Shown: positions 48,987 to 59,266 of the stretch, one piece after another
How the letters are laid out: each line of letters begins with the position of its first letter
Numbering within the stretch: position 1 is the stretch's first letter
Assembly: GCA_043797085.1 (NCBI GenBank)
Contig: JAZDQA010000005.1
Coordinates: 96,001 to 160,000, forward strand
DNA: 64,000 nucleotides
Source: Pseudomonadota bacterium
GTDB lineage: Bacteria > Campylobacterota > Campylobacteria > Campylobacterales > Sulfurimonadaceae
Reading direction: 5' to 3'
Program-made: the position numbers and the translations under genes
The notes under the pieces: generated by a model
Told to the model about the DNA's origin: nothing
Databases searched by the model: none
The model's input: only the letters and a program-made list of their open reading frames with translations

Positions 48987-49463
48987 ATGCGAAAAGCAGC
49001 ATACTGGCTATTTCCGTTAATAGCCATTTTCGTTGCTGTATTTATTGTTGTCTTTATGATCCAAATCAATCCGACTCCTTCAGCGATTGCGCAGGAGAGC
49101 GACTCTCATAAAAATTCTGATGAGACGAACGTGAGTTCATCTAGTTGGATGAATGGATTGCATTTAACAAAAGAGAAAGAGTATTCCTATCCGATTAACG
49201 AAGTGGTTATCGAAATGGATGCTCAATCAAGCGTAGCAAAATCTCATAAGTATCATTTAACGGTACTTTTGAAGGATTCGTATGAGTTCTTTTGTTTGAA
49301 ACAAGAGCTTAAAAATACGGATCTTTCCTATCTTTTAAATCAAGAGGGAAGCGCAATGAGTGTTGATATTGACTCAGATGATTACAATGCACTCGCAAAT
49401 CTCCTCTTAAAACTAAAAACCTATCAAATTTCGGCGACACTTTCGCCGCTCAAAGAGGACTAA
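48987..49463 (+). CDS. Membrane-anchored periplasmic hypothetical protein conserved between rpsA and serA in Campylobacterota
   Basis: N-terminal TM helix; YSYP..E and Y.FFCLKQ.L; positional match to C. jejuni Cj0892c. Confidence 0.7.
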   Translation: MRKAAYWLFPLIAIFVAVFIVVFMIQINPTPSAIAQESDSHKNSDETNVSSSSWMNGLHLTKEKEYSYPINEVVIEMDAQSSVAKSHKYHLTVLLKDSYEFFCLKQELKNTDLSYLLNQEGSAMSVDIDSDDYNALANLLLKLKTYQISATLSPLKED

Positions 49464-49467
49464 TCCA

Positions 49468-51057
49468 ATGGAAAAATTTAAAATTGTCGTTTGTGATCAT
49501 ATTCACGAAGAGGGTTTAAATCTTCTTCGTAATGACGATAAAATTGAAATGATTTTTGCTGCTGACATGGACAAAACAGCATTACTTGATGTCATTGCGA
49601 CAGCGGATGTTGCTATTACTCGAAGTTCAACCGATGTGGATGATAAATTTATCCAAGCAGCTCGCGGCAAACTCAAAGCAGTCGTTCGCGCAGGTGTGGG
49701 CGTTGATAATGTAGACATTCCGGGATGCTCAAAAGAGGGTATTATCGTTATGAACGTTCCTACAGCAAATACGATTGCAGCGGTTGAGCTAACGATGACT
49801 CACATGCTCTCATGCATGCGTATGTTCCCGTATTCTCATGATCACCTCAAAAACCAGCGGGTTTGGAAGCGTGAAAAATGGTACGGGTATGAGCTAAAAG
49901 GTAAAAAACTGGGTGTTATCGGTTTCGGTAACATCGGAAGCCGTGTCGGTATCCGCTCTAAAGCATTTGAGATGGATGTTATCGCGTATGACCCATACAT
50001 TCACCCATCCAAAGCAACCGATGCCGGTGCTAAATACACCACGAATTTTGAAGATATTTTGGCGTGCGATATTATCACGATTCATACGCCAAAAAACAAA
50101 GAAACAGTTGGAATGATCGGTGCGGATGAAATCGCAAAAATGAAAGACGGTGTGGTTTTAATCAACTGTGCGCGCGGTGGATTGTACAGCGAAGATGCTC
50201 TTTATGACGGTTTAAAATCAGGAAAAATCCGTTTTGCCGGTATCGATGTATTTGACAAAGAACCTGCAACGGATAACAAGCTTTTGGATTTGGATAACAT
50301 CTGTGTCTCTCCGCATTTGGGTGCAAATACGTTTGAATCTCAGTTGGGGATTGCTCTTGAAGCAGCGCAACAAGCGATTGAAGCGGCAAAAGGAATCGCG
50401 TATCCTCATGCACTTAATCTTCCGATCGATGAGTCTAAAATACCTTCTTTTGTTAAACCGTTCCTCGAAATGGGACAAAAAATCGGCTTTTTAGCGTCTC
50501 AGATCAATCGTGCTCCAATCGTTTCAATCAAAGTAAGCGGACGCGGTGATATTGCTCAATACGTCACATCTTTGGCTACTTTTGTAACCGTTGGTGCGTT
50601 GGCAGAGACATCAGGTGAAACGATCAACTACGTAAATGCTGATTTCGTTGCTGCTGAACGTAACATCAAAATCGATACGGAAGAACTTCCTGAAAGTCCG
50701 GTGTATAAAAACTTGGTAACCGTTCGTTTGACGACCGATAAAGACGTTATCGAAATCAGCGCAACGATGTTTAACGATGATGTGCAGCGCATTGTTGACA
50801 TCAATGGTTTTGGTGTTGATGTTGAACCAAAAGGAAATATGATCCTTTTCAAAAATACGGATGTACCGGGTGTTATCGGACAAGTCGGCACATTGCTTGC
50901 TGCGCATGAAGTGAACATCGCTGATTTCCGTCTCGGGCGCAATAAAAGCAAAGAAGCATTGGCGGTTATCATCGTTGATTCTCCTGTCAGTGAAAAAACA
51001 CTTAAAGAACTTTCTGCACTAAACGCATGTATTAGCGTCTCTTACGCACGAATTTAG
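49468..51057 (+). CDS. serA: D-3-phosphoglycerate dehydrogenase
   Basis: Motifs RAGVGVDNVD, GFGNIG, INCARGG, DVF..EP and PHLGANT.E; ASB and ACT domains. Confidence 0.97.
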   Translation: MEKFKIVVCDHIHEEGLNLLRNDDKIEMIFAADMDKTALLDVIATADVAITRSSTDVDDKFIQAARGKLKAVVRAGVGVDNVDIPGCSKEGIIVMNVPTANTIAAVELTMTHMLSCMRMFPYSHDHLKNQRVWKREKWYGYELKGKKLGVIGFGNIGSRVGIRSKAFEMDVIAYDPYIHPSKATDAGAKYTTNFEDILACDIITIHTPKNKETVGMIGADEIAKMKDGVVLINCARGGLYSEDALYDGLKSGKIRFAGIDVFDKEPATDNKLLDLDNICVSPHLGANTFESQLGIALEAAQQAIEAAKGIAYPHALNLPIDESKIPSFVKPFLEMGQKIGFLASQINRAPIVSIKVSGRGDIAQYVTSLATFVTVGALAETSGETINYVNADFVAAERNIKIDTEELPESPVYKNLVTVRLTTDKDVIEISATMFNDDVQRIVDINGFGVDVEPKGNMILFKNTDVPGVIGQVGTLLAAHEVNIADFRLGRNKSKEALAVIIVDSPVSEKTLKELSALNACISVSYARI

Positions 51058-51072
51058 GTTTTTGCAGCGACG

Positions 51073-54003
51073 ATGAACACAGAAGAGATAGGGGCACTTT
51101 TACAGGATAAAAGCAAGCTCCTCTCTGAAACGTATTTCGAGCTTCAGCGTGCTTGTGAAGCCAAATATGGACCCGATACCCTCGTCATCATCGAAATAGG
51201 CTCTTTTTTTGAAGTCTATGAGGTCAATAATGAGTTTATGAAAATTGGCAAAGCGAAAGAAGTTGCTGAATTTCTGAACATCCAGCTCACCCGTAAAAAT
51301 AAAACCATACTTGAAAACTCTCTCCAAAATCCTCTTTTAGCCGGTGTTCCCAGTGTTTCCATCGAACGCTATCTTAGCCGTTTGGTTCAGTCGAAAAAAT
51401 ATACGATTGTTCTTGTACGTCAGCAAGGCGAACCTCCTCATGTTCGTCGTTACATCTCAAATATCATCTCTCCCGGTACAAATTTTGATTACATTGCCGA
51501 ACCCAGCGAAAACTACATCGCCTCGTTACTAATCGATCAAAACAACGGGGTGTATTCGGTTGGTTATTCGGCTATTGATGTTGGTACTGGAAAAACGCTT
51601 ATCAATGAGATACATGGGTCACGAGAGGATAAAACGTATGCACTGGATGAAGTATTTAGTCTCTTACAAAGTTATCAAACTTCAGAAGTGGTGGTGACGT
51701 TTTGTGACTCACAGATCGATGAAGAGGAAGTCAATCGCTATTTAGAGCTTAAAAGCCATCACCGAAGCATTAAAAACGAAAAGCGGCTTCGTATTGATTA
51801 CCAAAATGAACTGTTTGGGCGAATTTATCAAATCCGTTCTCTTTTAAGTCCGATAGAATATCTCGATATGGAACGGTATGCGTATACGTCGGAATCGTTG
51901 GCGGTGTTGATTCATACGATCATCGATCATGACCCTGCTATCATCGAAAAGATGAACCGACCGACGTTTTTGGGAACAAACCGTTATATGTATTTGGGGA
52001 ATAACGCATGTGAACAGTTGGGAATAATTTCACGTGATCACGATGAGATGACGGTGCTCAAACTCATCGATAAAACCTCTACGGCGATGGGGAAACGGCT
52101 GTTACGCGAGCGGCTTTTAAATCCTATTTGTGATGCTAAACTTCTCGAAGAGCGGTATGATTTGATCGAAAAGATGACCGATCACATTTCCCCACTGGAG
52201 AGCAAGCTCAAAGAAGTCTATGATTTGGAGCGAATCTTGCGTCGTCTGAAACTGGGGAAGCTTCATCCCTACGAGTTAGCGTATTTTCACGCTTCGTTAT
52301 GTGCTGCTGAGAGGTTGTTTACGGATGCGGATATGCTTGGAATCAGCTATGATAAAGCCAGTGCGCAAGAGTGTGCATTATGTGCATCGGAGCTGCGACG
52401 AATTTTTGTCATCGAAGCATGTGCTAAATTTCGGCGAGATCAGGTGGATGTTAATCTTTTTAACGAGGGTATTGATCCTGCTATCGATGCACTTGAACGA
52501 CTTCAAAATACCAATGAGCTTAAGTTGCAAAGCATCATCGAACACATCGATACATTTTTCGATAACGGCAGCGGCTATGCCTCTATCGGATGGCTGGAGA
52601 GTGAGGGGTATCACCTGCTGATGACCCGTAACCGTTATGTGAGCATTGAAGAAAATCTCCATAACAGCTTTTTTACGTTAGAGGGGAAGCACCATTTTTT
52701 CCGCGATTTTCAGATACGAAAACTCAAAACAACCGTCAAACTTTCCTCTGCGTTGCTGGATGAACTCTCTATCGAAAATGCGGGGGCAAAATCGAGAATG
52801 CTTGCCCAAGTACGCGAACGCTATCAAGAGCATTTGGAAGGGTTTGAAAAGAGATTTTCGCACTCCATCGAGCATCTTATCTCTTTTTTGGCGGTGGTGG
52901 ATGTTTCACTGAGCGGTGCCAAGTGTGCCATGCAGTATCGATATGTTCGTCCCCAAATCGTTTATGATGTCCCTAAGGCATTTATCGAAACGGTAGGATT
53001 GCGTCATCCGCTCATCGAATCGCGAGAAGAGAACGGTATTTTTATCCCCAATGATCTTTTTTTGGGGTCTATCGAACAAAAAAGTTTCGAGGAGCATACG
53101 ACGATTGAGGCATCAAAGGGAGAAGATGTTAAAGGGGTGCTTCTCTATGGGATTAACTCCAGCGGAAAGTCCTCATTGATGAAAAGTATCGGCTTGGCAG
53201 TGGTGATGGCACAGGCGGGATTTTTTGTTCCGTGTGCGATGATGCGATTTTCTCCCATCGATAAGTTACTGACTCGTATCGTCTCCAAAGACAATCTCTA
53301 CAAAGGACTTTCGACGTTTGCGGTGGAGATGCTCGAACTACGGAATATTTTTAACCGTGCGACGGAAAATACCCTGATTTTAGGAGATGAAATCAGTCAT
53401 GGTACAGAGACAGAATCAGCATTGGCTATTGTTGCCAGTGCAATTTTAAGGCTCAAAGAGTTAGGAAGTTTGTTCATTTTTGCAACGCATTTACATCAGC
53501 TCTCATCACTTAGCGAGATCGAAAAAGCCAAAGGGATTGTATTGCTTCATTTGGGTGTTTATTACGATGAAGCCAGTGACAAACTGGTGTATGACCGTAA
53601 ACTAAAAAGCGGAAGCGGAAGCACTCTGTATGGACTGGAATTCGCAAAATCCCTCCACATGGACGAAACCTTTATCCAAAAAGCATACGAAATCCGTGGA
53701 CGTATTAGGGATAATGGTCACGATGCTTCGTTGCTAAAACGAAACAAAAAGAGCCGCTACAACAGCAAGCTGTATCTGACAAAATGTGCACTGTGTGATG
53801 AAGCGGTCGATGAAGTGCATCATATTATCCCACAAGCGAATGCAGATGAGGGCGGTTCAATCGGACATTTCGGGATGAATCATCGCTATAACTTGATCCC
53901 ATTGTGCGCCAATCATCACCGCCTCGTTCATGAAGGGAAAATCGCCATTCACGGATTTGTGATGAGCGAAGAGGGATTACGGCTTAGTTATTCACAAACC
54001 TAA
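51073..54003 (+). CDS. MutS homolog with C-terminal HNH nuclease (MutS7 type)
   Basis: Domain I GSFFEVY, domain [36 protein letters not shown] and YGLEFA; C-terminal CALC..EVHHI...[12 protein letters not shown]. Confidence 0.92.
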   Translation: MNTEEIGALLQDKSKLLSETYFELQRACEAKYGPDTLVIIEIGSFFEVYEVNNEFMKIGKAKEVAEFLNIQLTRKNKTILENSLQNPLLAGVPSVSIERYLSRLVQSKKYTIVLVRQQGEPPHVRRYISNIISPGTNFDYIAEPSENYIASLLIDQNNGVYSVGYSAIDVGTGKTLINEIHGSREDKTYALDEVFSLLQSYQTSEVVVTFCDSQIDEEEVNRYLELKSHHRSIKNEKRLRIDYQNELFGRIYQIRSLLSPIEYLDMERYAYTSESLAVLIHTIIDHDPAIIEKMNRPTFLGTNRYMYLGNNACEQLGIISRDHDEMTVLKLIDKTSTAMGKRLLRERLLNPICDAKLLEERYDLIEKMTDHISPLESKLKEVYDLERILRRLKLGKLHPYELAYFHASLCAAERLFTDADMLGISYDKASAQECALCASELRRIFVIEACAKFRRDQVDVNLFNEGIDPAIDALERLQNTNELKLQSIIEHIDTFFDNGSGYASIGWLESEGYHLLMTRNRYVSIEENLHNSFFTLEGKHHFFRDFQIRKLKTTVKLSSALLDELSIENAGAKSRMLAQVRERYQEHLEGFEKRFSHSIEHLISFLAVVDVSLSGAKCAMQYRYVRPQIVYDVPKAFIETVGLRHPLIESREENGIFIPNDLFLGSIEQKSFEEHTTIEASKGEDVKGVLLYGINSSGKSSLMKSIGLAVVMAQAGFFVPCAMMRFSPIDKLLTRIVSKDNLYKGLSTFAVEMLELRNIFNRATENTLILGDEISHGTETESALAIVASAILRLKELGSLFIFATHLHQLSSLSEIEKAKGIVLLHLGVYYDEASDKLVYDRKLKSGSGSTLYGLEFAKSLHMDETFIQKAYEIRGRIRDNGHDASLLKRNKKSRYNSKLYLTKCALCDEAVDEVHHIIPQANADEGGSIGHFGMNHRYNLIPLCANHHRLVHEGKIAIHGFVMSEEGLRLSYSQT

Positions 54004-54016
54004 AGGGATACCTCCA

Positions 54017-55951
54017 ATGACTGAATCACAAATATACGATACATTAAAGAATGATGGCTTTTTAATTACCCCTTATTGCTCTTTTGGACTGACTGAAACT
54101 CCTTCGATCGATTTTTTCCCTATTGCACTCAAAATAGAGTCTGATAAGGTAGTGCATAAAAGCAATTTTGGTGCGGTCAAGCTCAATATTAACTCGATGG
54201 AAGCACTCGAAGATGCCAAAGCTGAGATTATTGCCAATATACGAGCCAAAGATGTACTTCTCGATGCGACTGACCGATTTATCGCAACTCAGATGGTCAG
54301 CGGTATCGAACTGTATGTGGGGCTTGTGGACGATGATATATTTGGTAAAACCATTGTCTTTGGGATGGGTGGTGTATTTTTAGAACTCTATAAAGATGTT
54401 TGTTATATCGATATTTATGCGGATGAGGCAGAGATACAACGCGCTATTGGACTGACTAAAATATCCAAAGTCTTTGAAGGTTTCCGGAGTTTTGATTTTA
54501 GCATTAATACCGCTGTTACATTTATTCGGCGTGTCCAAAACTTTGCCAAGGCTAATCCTGACATTATAGAACTCGATTTTAATCCCGTTATACTGACCAA
54601 AGAAGGGTTGAAAATTGCCGATGCCCGTATCAAAAAAGGGGAACCAAAACCTGAAAAATTGGGAACGTTACGAGAGAATAGACCTCCGTTTTTTAGTAAC
54701 GAAAGGGTTGTTCTCATCGGTGCCTCTTCAGATCCAACCAAAGTCGGTTATTCTATCGCCAAAAATTCTCTGAGTTATGGCGGTGAACTGTTTTTTGTGA
54801 ATGCCAAGGGGGGTGAACTTTTCGGTAAAAAACTTTATACGAGCATTGCGCACATAGAGGGAGATATTGATACGGCGGTTATTATGATCCCCTCAAATAC
54901 TGTTATAGAGTCTATTAAAGAGTTAATTCCCAGAAATCTTAGAAATCTCATTATCATCTCTGCAGGGTTTAAAGAAACGGGGGATAATGAGTCTGAACAG
55001 CTCATTGCAACGCTGAGTAAAGAGCACAATTTTAATGTAATCGGTCCCAACTGTTTGGGGTATCTCCATGGTGCTGAAAATCTCAATCTAACGTTTGGGA
55101 TTGATGGATTAAAAAATGGAAACTTGGCACTTCTCTCCCAATCGGGTGCTGTACTGTCTGCCCTTATGGATAAAGCGTATGATGCGGGAGTCGGTTTTTC
55201 CCATCTCGTCTCGTGCGGTAATATGGTGGATTTGGACTTTGCAGAGATGATCGATATGCTCAACCGTGAGGAGACGTGTGAAACTATCTCGATCTATGCC
55301 GAAGGGATACAAAACGGCAAAGAGTTTTTACGAGCGATTCGGGAAAGTCAAAAGAAAATCTACATCTTTAAAACAGGGAAATCCGCACAGAGTAAAAAAG
55401 CGGCTTTTTCACATACGGGCAATCTCAGCGGAAATTATGCGATGTTTAAAGGGCTTATCGAATCGGTGGGGGCAAAGATAGAGGAGAATATCGAGGCACT
55501 TTTGTTTAACCCTTCCAATGAAGTCAATAGTGTTTTAATCGTTACCAATGCCGGCGGTCCTGCTACGATCTTGACCGATTATATCATCGATCAGGGTAAA
55601 ACGCTTTATACACTTAGCGACGCTGAACTCAATGCACTTAATGAAGTGCTTCCTTCCAACTGGTCCAAAAATAATCCCGTGGACATTATCGGGGATGCAA
55701 TGGCAAACCGATATGAAAAGACACTGGAAGTGGTGAGCAAATTCAAGGGGGTTGATTTGATCTATCTCCTCATCACCCCTCAGCTCATGACAGACACGCT
55801 TGCCATCGTACAGTTGTGTGAGCGAGAGTGGGGCAAAAAGATATACCCGATACTTTTGGGCGGTCATGAGATGGAAGAGGCAAAAAATTATCTCCGAAGC
55901 CGACAAAAGCTTTTTTTCAAAACCCTTCAATCGGCAACGTCGTTTTTATAG
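54017..55951 (+). CDS. ADP-forming acyl/acetyl-CoA synthetase, beta-alpha fused order
   Basis: N-terminal ATP-grasp (LKIES..VHKS..GAV, ELDFNP, DARI), then CoA-binding IGAS...KVG, GPNCLG, SQSGA, phospho-His SHTG, TNAGG and NPVDIIGDA. Confidence 0.88.
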   Translation: MTESQIYDTLKNDGFLITPYCSFGLTETPSIDFFPIALKIESDKVVHKSNFGAVKLNINSMEALEDAKAEIIANIRAKDVLLDATDRFIATQMVSGIELYVGLVDDDIFGKTIVFGMGGVFLELYKDVCYIDIYADEAEIQRAIGLTKISKVFEGFRSFDFSINTAVTFIRRVQNFAKANPDIIELDFNPVILTKEGLKIADARIKKGEPKPEKLGTLRENRPPFFSNERVVLIGASSDPTKVGYSIAKNSLSYGGELFFVNAKGGELFGKKLYTSIAHIEGDIDTAVIMIPSNTVIESIKELIPRNLRNLIIISAGFKETGDNESEQLIATLSKEHNFNVIGPNCLGYLHGAENLNLTFGIDGLKNGNLALLSQSGAVLSALMDKAYDAGVGFSHLVSCGNMVDLDFAEMIDMLNREETCETISIYAEGIQNGKEFLRAIRESQKKIYIFKTGKSAQSKKAAFSHTGNLSGNYAMFKGLIESVGAKIEENIEALLFNPSNEVNSVLIVTNAGGPATILTDYIIDQGKTLYTLSDAELNALNEVLPSNWSKNNPVDIIGDAMANRYEKTLEVVSKFKGVDLIYLLITPQLMTDTLAIVQLCEREWGKKIYPILLGGHEMEEAKNYLRSRQKLFFKTLQSATSFL

Positions 55952-55959
55952 GTTGTGCT

Positions 55960-57396
55960 TTACGACGAGCAGCTCAGCTTTAGATTCTGATTTTGAGGCG
56001 GTGTGACTCCTGCGTAGCGTTCAAATTTTTCGTGTTCATCATACGGATTTTGCGCTAATAGGAGCAAGTCGTTGACGAGGGTAAAATCGTTTTTTTCGGC
56101 TAAGTCGATGGCTTCTTGGAGAATGTAGTTTTTGAGAATGTACTTGGGGTTGACACGAAGCATCTGTGCGTGGCGGACAGCCGTCGTGGAAGTATTATTT
56201 TCTAAGCGCTTGTCATAAAGATCAAGCCATTCGTTCAACTGATTAGGAGCTAGCGTGAGGGAGAGCAAGGGAGCTCTATCTCCGTTATAACGGCTTAAAG
56301 TTCGAAAGAATGGAGTCATATCGATACGTCCGTTCTCCATCACAGTAAAAAGTGAACGGAGTAATTCTCCATCGTTTTCCTCTGCACTTTCCAGTCCCAG
56401 TTTTGCTCTTAACAGCTCCATGAGGCGGGTTGTAAAATACTCTCCGTATTTTTCGAGCTCTTTTTCCATCTTTTCTTGCGTGATGAGAGGAGAGAGGGCG
56501 CGTCCCAGTTGTGAGAGATTCCAATATCCGATACGAGGCTGATTGTCAAAACTGTAACGCCCTTCATTATCCGTATGGTTGCAGATGTAACCGCTCTCGA
56601 AAGTATCCATAAAAGCAAACGGACCGTAATCGATGGTGATACCGATAGCGGACATGTTATCGGTATTCATTACACCATGGTTAAATCCAACCGATTGCCA
56701 ATGGGCAATCATGTGTGCGGTACGTTTGATAATTTCACCAAACATTTTTGCATAAGCATCTTCAGTGTCAAGTAGATGAGGAAAAGACTCTTTGAGTAAA
56801 AAATCGGCGAGTTTTTCGAGCTTATCATGCGCGTTGGTGTGAAAAAAGTATTCAAAACTTCCAAATCGTATCCATGAGGGGGAGAGTCGTAAAACGATAG
56901 CCCCACGTTCCCAACTCTCTCTAGCTACTTTTTCATCGGAGCTGATAATAGCCAGTGCGCGAGAGGTCGGTATTCCCAATCCATGCATTGCTTCACTCAT
57001 CAAATACTCACGTATGGAAGAGCGCAAGACAGCACGACCGTCACCTTGACGTGAATAGAGGGTTTGTCCAGAACCTTTGAGCTGTAGATTCCAGCCATTA
57101 TTAGAGCCTAAGTTAATCGCACGACCATCACCCAAACGAGGGACATAATAGCCAAACTGATGACCGGAATAACACATAGCAAAGGGGCGTGAGCCTTCCA
57201 GCAAAGTTGTACCATTGAGTAAAGATTCCAATTCTTTACTATCAATTTTATCGGGATTTAAACCTAGAAGGTTGAGTGCATCGTTATTAAGACTGACGAG
57301 AGTTGGATTTTTTAAGGGTGTTGGATGCACTTCATGGTAGAAAATCGGATCAAGATCAAGATAGGGAGCGGTGAGGGTTAGGTTTGATAATTTCAT
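55960..57396 (-). CDS. selO: Protein adenylyltransferase SelO/YdiU
   Basis: Motifs YSGHQFG, LGDGRA, QLKGSG.T.YSR.GDGRAVLRSSIREYL, HGVMNTDNMS and IDYGPF; C-terminal SCSS. Confidence 0.96.
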   Translation of the reverse strand: MKLSNLTLTAPYLDLDPIFYHEVHPTPLKNPTLVSLNNDALNLLGLNPDKIDSKELESLLNGTTLLEGSRPFAMCYSGHQFGYYVPRLGDGRAINLGSNNGWNLQLKGSGQTLYSRQGDGRAVLRSSIREYLMSEAMHGLGIPTSRALAIISSDEKVARESWERGAIVLRLSPSWIRFGSFEYFFHTNAHDKLEKLADFLLKESFPHLLDTEDAYAKMFGEIIKRTAHMIAHWQSVGFNHGVMNTDNMSAIGITIDYGPFAFMDTFESGYICNHTDNEGRYSFDNQPRIGYWNLSQLGRALSPLITQEKMEKELEKYGEYFTTRLMELLRAKLGLESAEENDGELLRSLFTVMENGRIDMTPFFRTLSRYNGDRAPLLSLTLAPNQLNEWLDLYDKRLENNTSTTAVRHAQMLRVNPKYILKNYILQEAIDLAEKNDFTLVNDLLLLAQNPYDEHEKFERYAGVTPPQNQNLKLSCSS

Positions 57397-57458
57397 GCTA
57401 AGAGTTTTACCTCAAAAAGATAAAACCCATAGGTGTGAATTAAAGAAGTTTATTTTTT

Positions 57459-59261
57459 TTAGGAATTTAATACAAATTTTTTCTCTTCACCTTCACGTCG
57501 AAGAGAAACTTTCGTGACTGTTCCATTGGGTGAAAGAGTATATTTTTGGGATGTTTTAGGATCAACAAATAAAATCTGCGTGTGACCGTTATAGCTGCCG
57601 TTATGGTTGATTGTGGCGTGTAAGTCAGCATCATACAGTTTATTGAGCGCATCTTCAATCGTGTGGATGTGATCTTCATGCTCTTTGATGACGATTTGTT
57701 CTTCACCAAGTTGCGAAAGAGCAAATTTGAATTGTTGTACGCGAACCATATCTGCTTTAACAGGAAGCTGATGATGTGCTATGGCTTCTTTTATTTTCAG
57801 TTGAGTTTGTTTGATACGATTCATTTGTTCTTTTAGCGCGAGCTCTTTGCCTAGAAGTTCTTTGCCTTTATTCTGAATATGGAGATTTGCTTTTTTTAAT
57901 TCCACTTCAAGGGTGTTGATTTGTTCTTCGTATGAAGGGATTGCACGAGGATTGATGATGAGATTATTTCCCTCACCAACAATTGTATTAATCGTAATAG
58001 AGTTAAGGGCGGTAATTTTAGCGTTGGAATAAAGAATATCGATTGTGACATGATTGGCGATAATCTCGCCTCCCATCATTTTACTGACATGAACGGTATG
58101 GGCTTCTATTTTCCCCGCTTCTAAAATTTCTATCGTCGCATTTTTAGCTTTTAAATCACCTCGATGGAGATGAATCGTGGCATTTTCTTGGACTTCAATA
58201 AGTGATTTTTTATGGGTTTGCGCTCCGATGGTGACATCACATGCCTGAATTTTTGTGTTGCTTCCTACGGTACCTTGGACATCTAGGGTTTGAACGTCGA
58301 TATTGACTCCTGAACCAACCGCATCTTTAGTCTTATCTTCATGGCTTATTTTGACATGAATATCTTTGTCGCTTCCAGCTTCTATCGAGCCTGTGTCTTT
58401 GAAGCTTGCATGTTTTAGATGAAGTTCATGTGCGATGGAAAAAATGCCATTGACACGTTGGACGAAGCCCGATTGTGTAGCATAGAAACGAATAGAGAGG
58501 GTATCTTCTTCGGCTCGTATCGTTTTGTGGTCGATGGTAATGGCTTTGGCATAGCGAATAAGAGGCTCACCTACGTGGAGAAATTCCCCTGTACAACTGC
58601 GTCCATTACGTCCATTGACGGCAAAAATATACTCAAAGATCAAATCATCAGGCAAAACCCCTTCAATAAGATTATTGACATGTGCCTTTGTTTTATAATG
58701 AAGTATTACTGTGTCATTTATCGGTTGTATCGGGGGAAAGAAACGTGTGACACCCATTCGATACGGTTCTTGTAATCTTCCTTCTTTTTGAATCTTGAGA
58801 AGTAGTTGATTGATTTGGCTGTCAAGGTCACTTTCTGTGATACCGATAAGCAAGCCTGCACGAAGTTTTTTGGCACGAATTTCTTTTTTGATGTAATCTT
58901 GAATCCCTTTTTTCAGAGGGATGATGGAAGAAGGGTCAATGACTATAATGGCTTTTGTCTTGTTTTTATCCGATGCTAAAGTCAAATGAAGATCAAAATG
59001 CGGATGCGGTTGTAAGGGATGAATGATAATCTGATATTCTTGTCGAACTTCAAAAGGAGAAGCTCGTATTTCAACCTCAGTAGTTACTTCCTCTAGTCGT
59101 GAAGCATCTAAAATACGCCACTCTTCGTCCACAGTTCCCCGATAGTAGGTGTGATAGGAGAGGAGATCAAATCCGATTTTTTCAATCGGAATCCCCGCAT
59201 CCTGTGCTGCTTGTGTTAATGCAGTGTTGACATTTGATGTCGTTATTTTAAAGGCTTGCAC
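57459..59261 (-). CDS. FapA/DUF342 family (flagellar assembly protein A-like)
   Basis: GRNGRSCTGE, DAVGSGV and GAQTH beta-helix repeats with a coiled coil near the C-terminus; typical Campylobacterota DUF342 layout. Confidence 0.75.
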   Translation of the reverse strand: MQAFKITTSNVNTALTQAAQDAGIPIEKIGFDLLSYHTYYRGTVDEEWRILDASRLEEVTTEVEIRASPFEVRQEYQIIIHPLQPHPHFDLHLTLASDKNKTKAIIVIDPSSIIPLKKGIQDYIKKEIRAKKLRAGLLIGITESDLDSQINQLLLKIQKEGRLQEPYRMGVTRFFPPIQPINDTVILHYKTKAHVNNLIEGVLPDDLIFEYIFAVNGRNGRSCTGEFLHVGEPLIRYAKAITIDHKTIRAEEDTLSIRFYATQSGFVQRVNGIFSIAHELHLKHASFKDTGSIEAGSDKDIHVKISHEDKTKDAVGSGVNIDVQTLDVQGTVGSNTKIQACDVTIGAQTHKKSLIEVQENATIHLHRGDLKAKNATIEILEAGKIEAHTVHVSKMMGGEIIANHVTIDILYSNAKITALNSITINTIVGEGNNLIINPRAIPSYEEQINTLEVELKKANLHIQNKGKELLGKELALKEQMNRIKQTQLKIKEAIAHHQLPVKADMVRVQQFKFALSQLGEEQIVIKEHEDHIHTIEDALNKLYDADLHATINHNGSYNGHTQILFVDPKTSQKYTLSPNGTVTKVSLRREGEEKKFVLNS

Positions 59262-59266
59262 GTGCG

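Noticed and set aside
51073..54003. MutS-HNH as a recent viral insertion or homing element
   Set aside because: Host-like composition, tight spacing with serA and the downstream gene, and no flanking repeats or viral genes.
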